From IMG/VR virus record IMGVR_UViG_3300023210_002494: DNA of 64,000 nt; one strand, 5' to 3'. Below, piece after piece: positions 29,408 through 39,012 of the stretch. The notes beneath the pieces are model-generated. The model had not been told where the DNA came from. It saw nothing but the letters and a program-made list of their open reading frames with translations, and searched no databases. The translations under genes and the position numbers were made by a program. Source of the stretch: an uncultured virus (IMG/VR IMGVR_UViG_3300023210_002494) (lineage: Duplodnaviria > Heunggongvirae > Uroviricota > Caudoviricetes). Numbering within the stretch: position 1 is the stretch's first letter; every line of letters begins with the position of its first letter.

Positions 29408-29431
29408 AAAAAAGGCCCTGTTAGGGCCTTT
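29408..29431 (-). terminator. Intrinsic terminator
   Basis: Perfect stem AAAGGCCCT-GTT-AGGGCCTTT ending in a T-run on the minus strand, downstream of the 29454-29864 gene. Confidence 0.75.
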
Positions 29432-29453
29432 AGTAAAATATAGGTGTAAATAA

Positions 29454-29864
29454 TTATTTTTGTTCCTTAATTACCCTATTTACAATTTTTTTTAATGTAT
29501 TTTCATTAATCTTAATTACTTTACCTTCTTTAATACCAGACAAAGCGTTGTACATATTTCCATGACCTTCGGATTGTTCGTTTTTCTTCTCAACCTCCCT
29601 TTCCTGTTCTTTATCTTTTTCAGTCATTTCACTATCCACCATATCTTCATATATATCTTCTATATGTCTAGCTGCGGTTTTAATTTTTTTTAAATCACTA
29701 AAACTTAAAGTGTCTTCACCACTTCTATGTCCCACTAGTAAAGATTTTAAAGACTTTAACGCTTTATACGCTTTTTTTAGTTCTGATTTAATATCTGATT
29801 TAGATTCTGTTAACATACCTAGTTTTTTTTTAAGTTGTTTTTTACTATATTCTTTTTTATTCAT
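29454..29864 (-). CDS. Hypothetical protein with helical tag
   Basis: Ends KVIKINENTLKKIVNRVIKEQK; has its own motif upstream and terminator downstream. Confidence 0.65.
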   Translation of the reverse strand: MNKKEYSKKQLKKKLGMLTESKSDIKSELKKAYKALKSLKSLLVGHRSGEDTLSFSDLKKIKTAARHIEDIYEDMVDSEMTEKDKEQEREVEKKNEQSEGHGNMYNALSGIKEGKVIKINENTLKKIVNRVIKEQK

Positions 29865-29878
29865 AACAATTGTTTCTA

Positions 29879-29886
29879 TATAAATA
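29879..29886 (-). promoter_or_regulatory. TATTTATA putative late promoter
   Basis: 14 nt upstream of ATG 29864. Confidence 0.55.
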
Positions 29887-29903
29887 TAAGTAAAAGTGGC
29901 TTT

Positions 29904-31637
29904 TTACAAACCTAATAAAATTTCTCCTAGAATATCTTCCTCATTAATATTATCACCCATTACTGTATCTATTACTGATTTCTTTTTATTAACCAATTCG
30001 TATATAGTTCTTTCTATAGTATTATCATAAATTGGATACATACAAGAAACTTTTTTATCTTGTCCAATTCTAAATGCTCTGTCTTCACATTGAGACATAT
30101 CGGATGGAACAAAAGACAGGTCGTTGAATATTACAACCTCTGCCGCAGTTAAGGTAATTCCTACACCAGCGGCCTTAACATTACCAATAAAAACCTTAAC
30201 ATTGTCGTCATTCTGAAATCTATCCACACTTTTTTGTCGGTCTTCTTTTTTCATTGTCCCATTAAGAATTACTGATTCTTTTTTATATTTTTCGTGTAGG
30301 GTCATTAAGGGTTCCGTAAAATTAGTAAACACAATAACTTTTTTATCTTGTTGTAAACATTGTTCTATTAGTTGTATGGTTTCCTTAACCTTTTCTATAG
30401 CTATTATTTGTCTCACCTTCATCAACTTAGACAGTTGTATGGAAAGACCCCTATTTTTATTTTGTCTACGCCAGTCTAAATACTCACCCATTTCATCTTC
30501 ATATGTCTTTGATTTAAGTTCCATGTGAATTGGGGTAATTATTTTATCTGGTAAATCTAATACATCCTCTTTTAATCGACGTAACACCCTATCATTAGTT
30601 TTATCCCTAAGCTCCTCCAAATTCGTAGCCCCAAAAGTTAACCATATTTTTCTATAACCCCTAAAAATTTGTTTACCATCACAATACCTTCTAACATAAC
30701 TAATCCAGTTATTAGCTACTCTAGAACCAACCAACTTTAATAAATTGTAATAATTCATAGGTCTAGAAGTCATTGGAGTTCCGGATAATAACCATAACCT
30801 ACCAATCTTACTAGTAAGGTTATTAACTAATTTAGTTCTTTGAGCTTTACCATTGGATACATAGTGTGCTTCATCTATTATGACCAAATCAAACTTCGAG
30901 TCTAATATTGTAGTCTTTTTATTAGAATCCTTAGGTAATGAATGAAAATTTTTTAATATATCATAATTTATAATAACGTATTTTCCATCTTCCCACTTCT
31001 TACCTTCCACAATACCAACCTTACTACTACTATAATTTTCTATTTCCCTTTTCCAGTTAACCTTTAATGAAGCTGGACATATTATTAATACTTTTTTTAA
31101 TTTAAGACTAATAGTTGCCATAATAGCAGAACTAGTTTTACCTAACCCCATATCGTCAGCTAATATATATTTTTTATTGGATACTAGTTTTATAACCGCT
31201 ATTTCCTGATGCTCAAAAGGTGGTCTGTGGGAAAACTCACCAAAATCAACACTAACATCCGGATTAGCTCTAGGTATTATTTGGTTCTTAGGGACCCAAA
31301 AGGATGACAAAGATTCAGATTCTAAAATCTTACCCCAAACATGATAAGCTTTATCGGTTTCACTTAGAAGTTTTTCAATCCAGATGGTGGTGGGTTTTTT
31401 TTGTAAAAATTTGGTGGACATAAGTTCTTTAGAAAGATAGTCGTCTATTTCCATCCATAGTCTAACAATTTTAGGTTTTTCTACGTTATTTTTATTTATA
31501 TAATCTATTTGGGATTTTGTTAGGGTAAAACTTTTACTGTTTAGCATATTATTTTTAAGGCCAATAATATAGTTATTGGCCCCACTATAATCAGCTAATA
31601 AATTCTTAGCTTTAATCTCAGGTGCAAAATTATCCAT
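29904..31637 (-). CDS. SNF2-family helicase/ATPase
   Basis: ILADDMGLGKT, IIDEAH, LSGTPM, GVGITLTAA, QCEDRAFRIGQ. Confidence 0.92.
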   Translation of the reverse strand: MDNFAPEIKAKNLLADYSGANNYIIGLKNNMLNSKSFTLTKSQIDYINKNNVEKPKIVRLWMEIDDYLSKELMSTKFLQKKPTTIWIEKLLSETDKAYHVWGKILESESLSSFWVPKNQIIPRANPDVSVDFGEFSHRPPFEHQEIAVIKLVSNKKYILADDMGLGKTSSAIMATISLKLKKVLIICPASLKVNWKREIENYSSSKVGIVEGKKWEDGKYVIINYDILKNFHSLPKDSNKKTTILDSKFDLVIIDEAHYVSNGKAQRTKLVNNLTSKIGRLWLLSGTPMTSRPMNYYNLLKLVGSRVANNWISYVRRYCDGKQIFRGYRKIWLTFGATNLEELRDKTNDRVLRRLKEDVLDLPDKIITPIHMELKSKTYEDEMGEYLDWRRQNKNRGLSIQLSKLMKVRQIIAIEKVKETIQLIEQCLQQDKKVIVFTNFTEPLMTLHEKYKKESVILNGTMKKEDRQKSVDRFQNDDNVKVFIGNVKAAGVGITLTAAEVVIFNDLSFVPSDMSQCEDRAFRIGQDKKVSCMYPIYDNTIERTIYELVNKKKSVIDTVMGDNINEEDILGEILLGL

Positions 31638-31641
31638 ATTA

Positions 31642-31673
31642 AAAATATAATAAAAAGAGAAAAGAAAGACAAA
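31642..31673 (-). promoter_or_regulatory. Bacteroidota-type promoter of the SNF2 gene
   Basis: Minus strand TTTG-N20-TATATTTT, 4 nt before ATG 31637. Confidence 0.5.
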
Positions 31674-31676
31674 TTG

Positions 31677-31684
31677 TATTTATA
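31677..31684 (+). promoter_or_regulatory. TATTTATA putative late promoter
   Basis: 18 nt upstream of ATG 31703. Confidence 0.55.
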
Positions 31685-31702
31685 ATAAAAGAGTATAATA
31701 AT

Positions 31703-32218
31703 ATGGCAAGTAAAAAAATACCTATTACAAGGATATCTAAATTTTTTGGTTCTGAAGATTTTCAGTTAGAACAGAACATTGGTATGGAATGGTTACATGG
31801 AGATTTACACTTTAATTTGGTGTTATTTAGGGTGGACCAAAAACTATCGGACGTTGATGATGTGTATGGTGAAGCCGGTCAGGAGGAGATTAGATATAAG
31901 CCACCAGTAGAATTTAAAGCGTACGTTAAAATAGACCAACCTAAAATGGATACGTATGCTGGTGGTTTAGTTAAAGATTTGGAACCGGGAAATATGACTT
32001 TAGGTGTTTATATGAAACATTTAGTTGAGTTGGGTATAGATATTAATTACGGAGACTATATAGGTTACGCTGAAACAGAAAATAAAATGAGATATTACAC
32101 GGTAACTAACGATGGTAGGGTAACATCAGATAATGCACACACTATAGGTGGGTATAAGGCTTTTTATAGAACTATTATATGTTCTTATGTAAGTCCAAAC
32201 GAATTTAAAGGAATATAA
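31703..32218 (+). CDS. Putative neck/head-closure protein (gp14-like)
   Basis: DDVYGEA, YGDYI motifs, size and position before the terminator and sheath genes. Confidence 0.5.
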   Translation: MASKKIPITRISKFFGSEDFQLEQNIGMEWLHGDLHFNLVLFRVDQKLSDVDDVYGEAGQEEIRYKPPVEFKAYVKIDQPKMDTYAGGLVKDLEPGNMTLGVYMKHLVELGIDINYGDYIGYAETENKMRYYTVTNDGRVTSDNAHTIGGYKAFYRTIICSYVSPNEFKGI

Positions 32219-33288
32219 TGGCATTACCTAAAAAAATAAAAAAACACTTAAATATAAATCCAGAACCTATACAACCACATTACCCAGATGGGTATGATGG
32301 TATTGAAGTGCCAAATAGAAGAAAAGAGTTATTTGATTTAATTAGTGACGATGGTACTTTTTTACCAAAATCCTTGTTACACGCAGATTTAGATAGAGGA
32401 ATGTTAGACTTCGTCCAAAAACAGTTGGAAGCGGTAGCTGGTGGTAAAAAAATAAATGTTGTAGATAGAATTTTAACTTTGCAGAGGTGGGCAGAATTTT
32501 CACAGACATGGAAATTTTCCACGGAAGATAAAAATGTGGACTTACCATTCATAGTGGTTGTTAGAAATCCAGACGTACAATATGGAACAAACCCAGCTTT
32601 ACAATACACAATACCTAATAGAAAACAATTTCATTACGCTAAAGTACCTACATGGGACGGTAATAGAAAAGGGTATGACGTATATACCATACCTCAACCA
32701 GTACCAGTGGACATAACTTACGATGTTAAAATAATATGTAACAGGATGAGAGAGCTAAATACATTTAATAAAGTTACATTACAAAAATTTACATCTAGAC
32801 AAGCTTATACCTTTGTTAAGGGTCATTACATACCAATAATAATGCAGTCTATAGGGGACGAAAGTAAGATAGATACGGAAGAAAGGAGATACTACCAACA
32901 AAGTTACCAATTTCAACTGCAGGGGTTTTTGTTGGATGAGGAAGAGTTTGAAGTTAAGCCAGCAATTAATAGAAGTTTAGTTCTTTATGGTTTTGACGAA
33001 AAGAATAGGAGGAAAGAAAGAAAAAATATAGGTGAAAAAAACCCAGACAAGGTAAGGACGGTTATAGAGTTTGACGCTAAAACTACAGTAAGGACTATTG
33101 ATTATGTTTATAATAATAACATTACTATAATGAGAACAAGTAATATTGATAGTGTTACTTTTTCTATAGGTTCGGTTATTTTAGACACTCCGGTTTTAGT
33201 GAGTGGGGGGGATAAACTTACAATCACCATAGTTAAAACAAATGCTGGGACATCAAAATTAATTATACAAGAAAAATTAGTCGCTTAG
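32218..33288 (+). CDS. Putative tail terminator/sheath stabiliser (gp15-like)
   Basis: LPFIVVVR, PVPVDITYDV, FQLQGFL pattern; position upstream of the sheath. Confidence 0.55.
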   Translation: MALPKKIKKHLNINPEPIQPHYPDGYDGIEVPNRRKELFDLISDDGTFLPKSLLHADLDRGMLDFVQKQLEAVAGGKKINVVDRILTLQRWAEFSQTWKFSTEDKNVDLPFIVVVRNPDVQYGTNPALQYTIPNRKQFHYAKVPTWDGNRKGYDVYTIPQPVPVDITYDVKIICNRMRELNTFNKVTLQKFTSRQAYTFVKGHYIPIIMQSIGDESKIDTEERRYYQQSYQFQLQGFLLDEEEFEVKPAINRSLVLYGFDEKNRRKERKNIGEKNPDKVRTVIEFDAKTTVRTIDYVYNNNITIMRTSNIDSVTFSIGSVILDTPVLVSGGDKLTITIVKTNAGTSKLIIQEKLVA

Positions 33289-33289
33289 A

Positions 33290-33457
33290 CTATTCCATAT
33301 AGATACCTTTTTTAGGTTTACATTTTTCTTCTATTAATTTTTCTACAAAAGCAAACATCTTTAAACCATTCTTTTTACAGTATTCTTTTAGTATGGTGTG
33401 GGTTTCTATATTAATCTTTAAATTCTTAATTTTTGGTTTTTTACTGTGTGAGTACAT
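33290..33457 (-). CDS. Small ribbon-helix-helix-like DNA-binding protein
   Basis: KNLKINIETHTILKEYCKKNGLKMFAFVEKLIEE fits strand-helix-G-helix; ATG 33457 chosen because TATTTATT lies 15 nt upstream. Confidence 0.6.
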   Translation of the reverse strand: MYSHSKKPKIKNLKINIETHTILKEYCKKNGLKMFAFVEKLIEEKCKPKKGIYME

Positions 33458-33472
33458 TGGTGAGGGTTTTAC

Positions 33473-33574
33473 AATAAATAATAGATAGTATGAAAAAAGT
33501 ATGAAATTTTTCATATAACAACACAAATGTGACCTTTTACTACGTAACTTTTCATCTTACCTGTTGTATTTATA
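33473..33574. promoter_or_regulatory. Divergent control region with two TATTTATW motifs and three TATGAAA boxes
   Basis: Minus TATTTATT 33473-33480; AGTATGAAA at 33487 and 33498; inverted TTTCATA 33509-33515; plus TATTTATA 33567-33574. Confidence 0.55.
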
Positions 33575-33614
33575 GTAAACGAAAATAAATAACTTTTTAA
33601 AAAAATAGTATAAA

Positions 33615-36600
33615 ATGGCAGACGGTAATAAAGTATTTGTTTCTCCTGGTGTATACACATCAGAGAAAGATTTAACATTTGTAGCACAAAGTGTTGGTGT
33701 TACAACATTAGGTTTAGTTGGTGAGGCTTTAAAAGGACCAGCTTTTGAACCAATATACATTGCATCTTATGATGATTATGTAACAAGATTTGGTGGAACA
33801 TCACCAAAATTATACGTGGACTCACAAATCCCACAATATGAATTAGGGTATATAGCAAAATCATATCTAAGTCAATCTAATCAATTGTTTGTAACAAGAG
33901 TATTGGGTCTTAGTGGTTATGATGCTGGACCTTCTTGGTCAGTACAAACAATAGGGCAACTAGAACCATCAGGTCTTGAACATTCTTATTCCGCGGTAAC
34001 TTCTGGTACAACGGCGGGTTCTAACACAGTTTTACCTTTCTATATACCACTTACGGGTGATAGTTACTACTCTGGTACCACGGTTGGTCTTGACGCGTTT
34101 AGTGACGCATCAATGTCATCACCATTTTGGACAACTTTACCATCAGAATTAACCGGTATTGATTTTGGTGACTGGTCTGCTACAGGACAAACAATCACAT
34201 TAAATGACGGCTCAACAATTTCATCATTTAATCAATCATTTATAGATTGGGCGTCAGCTGCCATGACACTTAGTAGTGATACTTCATTTAACCCACTATT
34301 ATCTTCAGGTGATACGGCTGGATGTACTTACGGCCAATCTCCATGTATACCAGTAACATTAAATGGTACAATATACCAATATGGTTGTGTACCACAATAC
34401 TTTACTGAAACCGCAACTGGTGTTACTACATCTGCTTTATCGGCATTCTCCTATAACGCATCTACGTCAGTATCAGCAGCAACATTTAGTGTTGGTAATA
34501 TATTAGGAACAAATTGTTCTGATTTAACTTCTTATGAAAATGACCCATGGTATTATGGATTATTTGAATATACTGGAAGTACTGCATGTTGTACAGGTAC
34601 CACATATAGTGGAGTATCATACCAACTATACGCGAGTGCTGACACACAAAATAGCACTTTAGATTTAACACAAGCAACTGGTACAACTTTTGATAGTACT
34701 GGTGGTACAATTGTTGTTTTATCTGGATATGCTGTATTCGACATTATAAATTACCAAGGAGTAACAGCTAACACTGAATGGGATGGTATGGATGTACTAA
34801 CTCTAAGGTCTAGAGGTTTAAGTTCATTAGGTACTGGTGGTCCAATATACGCAATAAGTGCTAATACAAGTGGAAATGTAGAATTCGATTGTAGTGGCAG
34901 TTATGAAAGTGTGTTAGAAGACCCATTCGCTACTTTTGGTATTAGTGCAAAAACTGACGATGGTAATATTTACACTTTCGAAACTTCTATGTCTAATACA
35001 GCTCAAAACTACGCACCTAGAGTGTTTGGTAGAAGTCCTTTTGATAAAAAACAAGTTGACGTACCTGTTTTTGTTGAGGAGGCGTACCCAACACTATTGA
35101 ATATAGGTTACAAGTTAGGTAAAGTTAGAGGATTACAATGTTGTCTACAATACTTACCAGCTGCTAGAGAAACAATAAATACAAACACCATTGCTTGGTA
35201 CATGAATGAGTGGCAAACACCGGAGACACCATATATAGTCTCGGAATTACAAGGTAGTGATGTATTTAGATTATTTAAATTTGTTTCCATATCTGATGGA
35301 ACAAACGCAAATAGAGAATATAAGATATCAATAGTAAACCTTTCATTTGAAAGAGCTGAATTTGATGTTATTGTTAGAGATTTTTATGATACCGACGCAA
35401 ACCCAGTAGTGTTAGAAAAATTCACTAGATGTAGTCTAGACCCAACTAAAGTATCTTTTGTGGGTAGAAAAATAGGTACTTCTACAGGTGAATTTGAATT
35501 AAGGTCTAAGTATACTATGTTATACCCTACAGAAGCTTTATTGGATGGAACTTACGTAGGTTCATTACCAGCTGGTTTTGAGGGGTATAGATTCAGAAGG
35601 TACGGAACTTGTGGTGTAAACCCAAAAATTATATATAAAACAAAATATTTTAACCCAGGTGAAACTATTTTTGACCCACCTTACGGTTCTGGTACGGGTA
35701 ATAACGTTATAAGAAGTGGTGGTGATAAAGTTAGTAAAGTTTACTTAGGTGTTTCAAATAGTAGTGGAGCTGGGTACGACGCAGACTTCTTTGATTTTAA
35801 AGGATATATCCCACCAACAAATATTTGTACTGGAGTTGCCGGTTCACAGTGGGAGGTACTTACACAAGGATTCCATATGGATTCTGGAGCTACAGTAGTG
35901 GTTGGTGGTGTTGGAACTTACCTAACTTGGTCGTCTACAACATTAAATGGTTTATCTATATTTGATTGTGGTGTTGGACAATTTAACCACGAACCTACTT
36001 TAAGTACTGAACCATACAAATCATTAAGGTCACGTAAATTTACGATAGCACCACACGGAGGGTTTGATGGTTGGGACATCTATAGAAAAACAAGGTCAAA
36101 TACAGATGACTATAGAATGGGTCTAACAGGTTTCTTAAACGGGTCGTGTACAAGTTCAGAATTCCCAACAGCAACTGGTGATGGGTCATTTAAAAAATTA
36201 AATACAACTGAAGCTAATACCGATTATTTCGCATACTTAAGAGGGATATCTAAATTTGATAACCCAGAATCTGTAGATATAAATGTATTTGCGACACCTG
36301 GTATTGATTATGTTGATAATTTAGGTTTAGTTAATGAAGCTATTGACATGGTTGAAACAGATAGAGCTGATTCATTATACATAACTACAACACCAGATTA
36401 CAACATGTTTGTAACAACAACTTCAGATTCTGCAAATCAAATAACACCCGATGAAGCGGTAGACAATATAGAAGATTCTTTAATAGACTCAAACTATACA
36501 GCAACATACTACCCTTGGGTTCAAATAAGAGACGCAGCAAATAACAAACAACTATACATACCACCAACAGCAGAGGTAATGAGAAATATAGCTTTAACAG

Positions 36601-37109
36601 ACAACACATCTTTCCCTTGGTTTGCATCGGCAGGTTACACTAGAGGTTTAGTAAATGCGGTGAAAGCAAGAAAGAAACTTACTTTGGATGAAAGAGATAC
36701 TCTATATGTGGGTAGACTTAACCCAATCGCTACGTTTAGTGATACGGGACCAATTATTTGGGGTAATAAAACTTTACAAGTTAGAGAATCTGCTTTAGAT
36801 AGAATTAATGTAAGAAGATTGTTATTACAAACTAGAAAATTAATTTCAGCTGTCGCGGTTAGATTAATATTCGAACAGAATGACGATGTGGTTAGACAAC
36901 AATTCTTAGACTTAGTAAACCCAATTCTAGATTCTATTAGAAGAGATAGAGGTTTAACAGACTTTAGAGTGGTTCTTTCTAATGACCCAGAAGAAATAGA
37001 TAGAAATGAAATGAATGGTAAAATCTATATTAAGCCTACAAGAGCTTTAGAATACATATTTGTTGAATTCCTAATAACTCCTACAGGGGCTTCTTTTGAA
37101 GATATATAA
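33615..37109 (+). CDS. Contractile tail sheath protein with large S/T/G/C-rich insertions
   Basis: FVSPGVYTSEKD, GEALKGPAFEP, YYPWV, PWFASAGYTRG, IWGNKTLQ, RINVRRLL, IYIKPTRALEYI. Confidence 0.95.
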   Translation: MADGNKVFVSPGVYTSEKDLTFVAQSVGVTTLGLVGEALKGPAFEPIYIASYDDYVTRFGGTSPKLYVDSQIPQYELGYIAKSYLSQSNQLFVTRVLGLSGYDAGPSWSVQTIGQLEPSGLEHSYSAVTSGTTAGSNTVLPFYIPLTGDSYYSGTTVGLDAFSDASMSSPFWTTLPSELTGIDFGDWSATGQTITLNDGSTISSFNQSFIDWASAAMTLSSDTSFNPLLSSGDTAGCTYGQSPCIPVTLNGTIYQYGCVPQYFTETATGVTTSALSAFSYNASTSVSAATFSVGNILGTNCSDLTSYENDPWYYGLFEYTGSTACCTGTTYSGVSYQLYASADTQNSTLDLTQATGTTFDSTGGTIVVLSGYAVFDIINYQGVTANTEWDGMDVLTLRSRGLSSLGTGGPIYAISANTSGNVEFDCSGSYESVLEDPFATFGISAKTDDGNIYTFETSMSNTAQNYAPRVFGRSPFDKKQVDVPVFVEEAYPTLLNIGYKLGKVRGLQCCLQYLPAARETINTNTIAWYMNEWQTPETPYIVSELQGSDVFRLFKFVSISDGTNANREYKISIVNLSFERAEFDVIVRDFYDTDANPVVLEKFTRCSLDPTKVSFVGRKIGTSTGEFELRSKYTMLYPTEALLDGTYVGSLPAGFEGYRFRRYGTCGVNPKIIYKTKYFNPGETIFDPPYGSGTGNNVIRSGGDKVSKVYLGVSNSSGAGYDADFFDFKGYIPPTNICTGVAGSQWEVLTQGFHMDSGATVVVGGVGTYLTWSSTTLNGLSIFDCGVGQFNHEPTLSTEPYKSLRSRKFTIAPHGGFDGWDIYRKTRSNTDDYRMGLTGFLNGSCTSSEFPTATGDGSFKKLNTTEANTDYFAYLRGISKFDNPESVDINVFATPGIDYVDNLGLVNEAIDMVETDRADSLYITTTPDYNMFVTTTSDSANQITPDEAVDNIEDSLIDSNYTATYYPWVQIRDAANNKQLYIPPTAEVMRNIALTDNTSFPWFASAGYTRGLVNAVKARKKLTLDERDTLYVGRLNPIATFSDTGPIIWGNKTLQVRESALDRINVRRLLLQTRKLISAVAVRLIFEQNDDVVRQQFLDLVNPILDSIRRDRGLTDFRVVLSNDPEEIDRNEMNGKIYIKPTRALEYIFVEFLITPTGASFEDI

Positions 37110-37117
37110 TATTTATA
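37110..37117 (+). promoter_or_regulatory. TATTTATA putative late promoter
   Basis: Immediately after the sheath stop, 13 nt upstream of ATG 37131. Confidence 0.55.
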
Positions 37118-37130
37118 ATAAAAAAGTGAT

Positions 37131-37730
37131 ATGAAATTTACAAAAAAATTATTAGCCGAGACATTAAATAAGGTTTCTAACGGTGGTAAAACTTTTACTA
37201 GTGGTAAAAAACAAAACGTTATTATTAGTGAGGAACAACTAGAAAGAGTCTTAAGTGTTGTAGAAGAACAATGGCAAGAAATAAATTTAGAAGAAGACGC
37301 TAAACCTGACTTTTTAGACCTTGATGGTGACGGTGATAAAAAAGAGTCTATGAAAAAAGCATCTAAAGATAAAAAAGAAATGGACGAAGGGGCAAAACCT
37401 GATTTTTTAGACCTTGATGGTGATGGTGATAAAAAAGAATCCATGAAAAAAGCATCTAAAGAGGCTAAAACTAAAGAAGTTAAGGAAGATTCTGGTCATG
37501 ATGAAGCTATGAATTATGGTAAGGATGAAGGCCATGACGATAAAGAACTTTATGATTTAAAACATGATGGTGGTAGTGAAGGCCATATAGATGATTTAGA
37601 AGATGATATGCACTATGACCATATACACGATTCAAAAAACATAGAAGAATCACAAGAAGAAAAAGAAAGACTAATCCAAGAAGATATTAAAAAAATGAAA
37701 GCAATTATTAGTCCAATAAAAAAGATTTAA
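37131..37730 (+). CDS. Acidic repeat protein with two DxDxDG motifs and His/Asp-rich segment
   Basis: AKPDFLDLDGDGDKKESMKKASK twice; HIDDLEDDMHYDHIHD; helical tags near both ends. Confidence 0.7.
   Translation: MKFTKKLLAETLNKVSNGGKTFTSGKKQNVIISEEQLERVLSVVEEQWQEINLEEDAKPDFLDLDGDGDKKESMKKASKDKKEMDEGAKPDFLDLDGDGDKKESMKKASKEAKTKEVKEDSGHDEAMNYGKDEGHDDKELYDLKHDGGSEGHIDDLEDDMHYDHIHDSKNIEESQEEKERLIQEDIKKMKAIISPIKKI
37299..37462 (+). repeat. Two 71-nt direct repeats with 93-nt period
   Basis: Copies at 37299-37369 and 37392-37462 differ only at synonymous positions. Confidence 0.9.
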
Positions 37731-37731
37731 T

Positions 37732-38001
37732 ATGGATAAAAGTATATTAAACGAATTAAATAGAGCCCGTGAAATAATGGGGTTAAATTTACTTAAAGAA
37801 GAAGATTTAAAAGAAAATATAGGTTTTGCTTCTTCAGCTATAGGCAATGGTAATGGACAAAACTTTGGTTTAATGGGTACCCCAACAGAAAAATATAAAG
37901 ACCTTTTGGAAACTGATGAGGTTGAGGAAACTGATGAGGTTGATGAGATGGAACATCCAGCGATAGAAGATTTGGAGGAGGATATGGATACAAAAGAATA
38001 G
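37732..38001 (+). CDS. Small acidic protein with N-terminal helical tag
   Basis: SILNELNRAREIMGLNLLKE; 18-nt tandem repeat at 37909-37944 (ETDEVE/ETDEVD). Confidence 0.65.
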   Translation: MDKSILNELNRAREIMGLNLLKEEDLKENIGFASSAIGNGNGQNFGLMGTPTEKYKDLLETDEVEETDEVDEMEHPAIEDLEEDMDTKE

Positions 38002-38005
38002 TATT

Positions 38006-38434
38006 TTAGTAAAAACCCATAAACCCAACGTAATTACCTTCTTCTAAATTACTTTCATTTACAAAAATAATAATACCTGATTCTTGTACATACAAAAATC
38101 CTTCAGTTCCACTATAGTGGTCAATAAAGTTATACGTACAACCATATCCCTTAAGAGACTTAATTTTAACTATAGATAATTCCCATTTTATATAGTCTTC
38201 ATTTTTTTTAGAACTACGTTCAACTGAAATACTGTAATTTAAAGTATCTATATAGACTTTATTTTTAGTATTTGAAAAACTTTTAAATTTTACATTTTTG
38301 TTATATTCGGACATAAAATAACCATCATAGTTAGAAATAGATACAAGTAGATTCATGGTTGTATCTTTTAAGTTTATAGTTTGTGAATAAGCTAGTGTTG
38401 GTAATAGTATTAGTAGTAGTATTAATTTTTTCAT
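38006..38434 (-). CDS. Secreted protein with signal peptide I
   Basis: From ATG 38434: MKKLILLLILLPTLAYS|Q, predicted mature N-terminal Gln. Confidence 0.65.
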   Translation of the reverse strand: MKKLILLLILLPTLAYSQTINLKDTTMNLLVSISNYDGYFMSEYNKNVKFKSFSNTKNKVYIDTLNYSISVERSSKKNEDYIKWELSIVKIKSLKGYGCTYNFIDHYSGTEGFLYVQESGIIIFVNESNLEEGNYVGFMGFY

Positions 38435-38435
38435 T

Positions 38436-39008
38436 TTAGTATTTTTTAAATTTAAGTTTAGAGTGGTATTTGTAGTTATACCCATTTATATTTTTGTAAG
38501 TTTCTTGTATATGGATAACAATAATTTTATTTTCCAGGTCTAATATATTGTATAGTATAGGTCTTCCTGACCCACCTAGTAGTAAATAAGAACCAACCAA
38601 AGGTTCTGTTACTGTTAAATTATTATTAGTTACTGAAAGTCCGTATGGTGATAAAGTGTCGTTATTTAACACAAAATCACCCATACCAGGAACATTACTC
38701 GGTAAGTAAAAACACCAACTAGTATAGTTCTTTACTAAGTTTTCAAAGTCATATATACTACCCCCATAACGTAAACTACTAGTGTCACCATTATTAAAAT
38801 GGGGTAACTTAATTAATTCATTAGTTTCTAAATTTTCCATATACATTTCCCCATCCTCCAGTAACCAACAACCGTCTATAAGGTTTTCCCCAACGTAACT
38901 TCCTGGGTTTTGTGTTGTTGGGTATGTTTCAGTACAAGGAATATAGGGAGGTTCTTTATCACAAGAAACTAAAGATATAATTAATAAAAGGCTTATAATG
39001 TTTTTCAT
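38436..39008 (-). CDS. Lipoprotein
   Basis: MKNIISLLLIISLVS|CDKE lipobox. Confidence 0.7.
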   Translation of the reverse strand: MKNIISLLLIISLVSCDKEPPYIPCTETYPTTQNPGSYVGENLIDGCWLLEDGEMYMENLETNELIKLPHFNNGDTSSLRYGGSIYDFENLVKNYTSWCFYLPSNVPGMGDFVLNNDTLSPYGLSVTNNNLTVTEPLVGSYLLLGGSGRPILYNILDLENKIIVIHIQETYKNINGYNYKYHSKLKFKKY

Positions 39009-39012
39009 AATA

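Noticed and set aside
37299..37462. CRISPR-like repeat
   Set aside because: Only two copies, in frame within a protein and differing at synonymous sites; no cas genes or spacer array.
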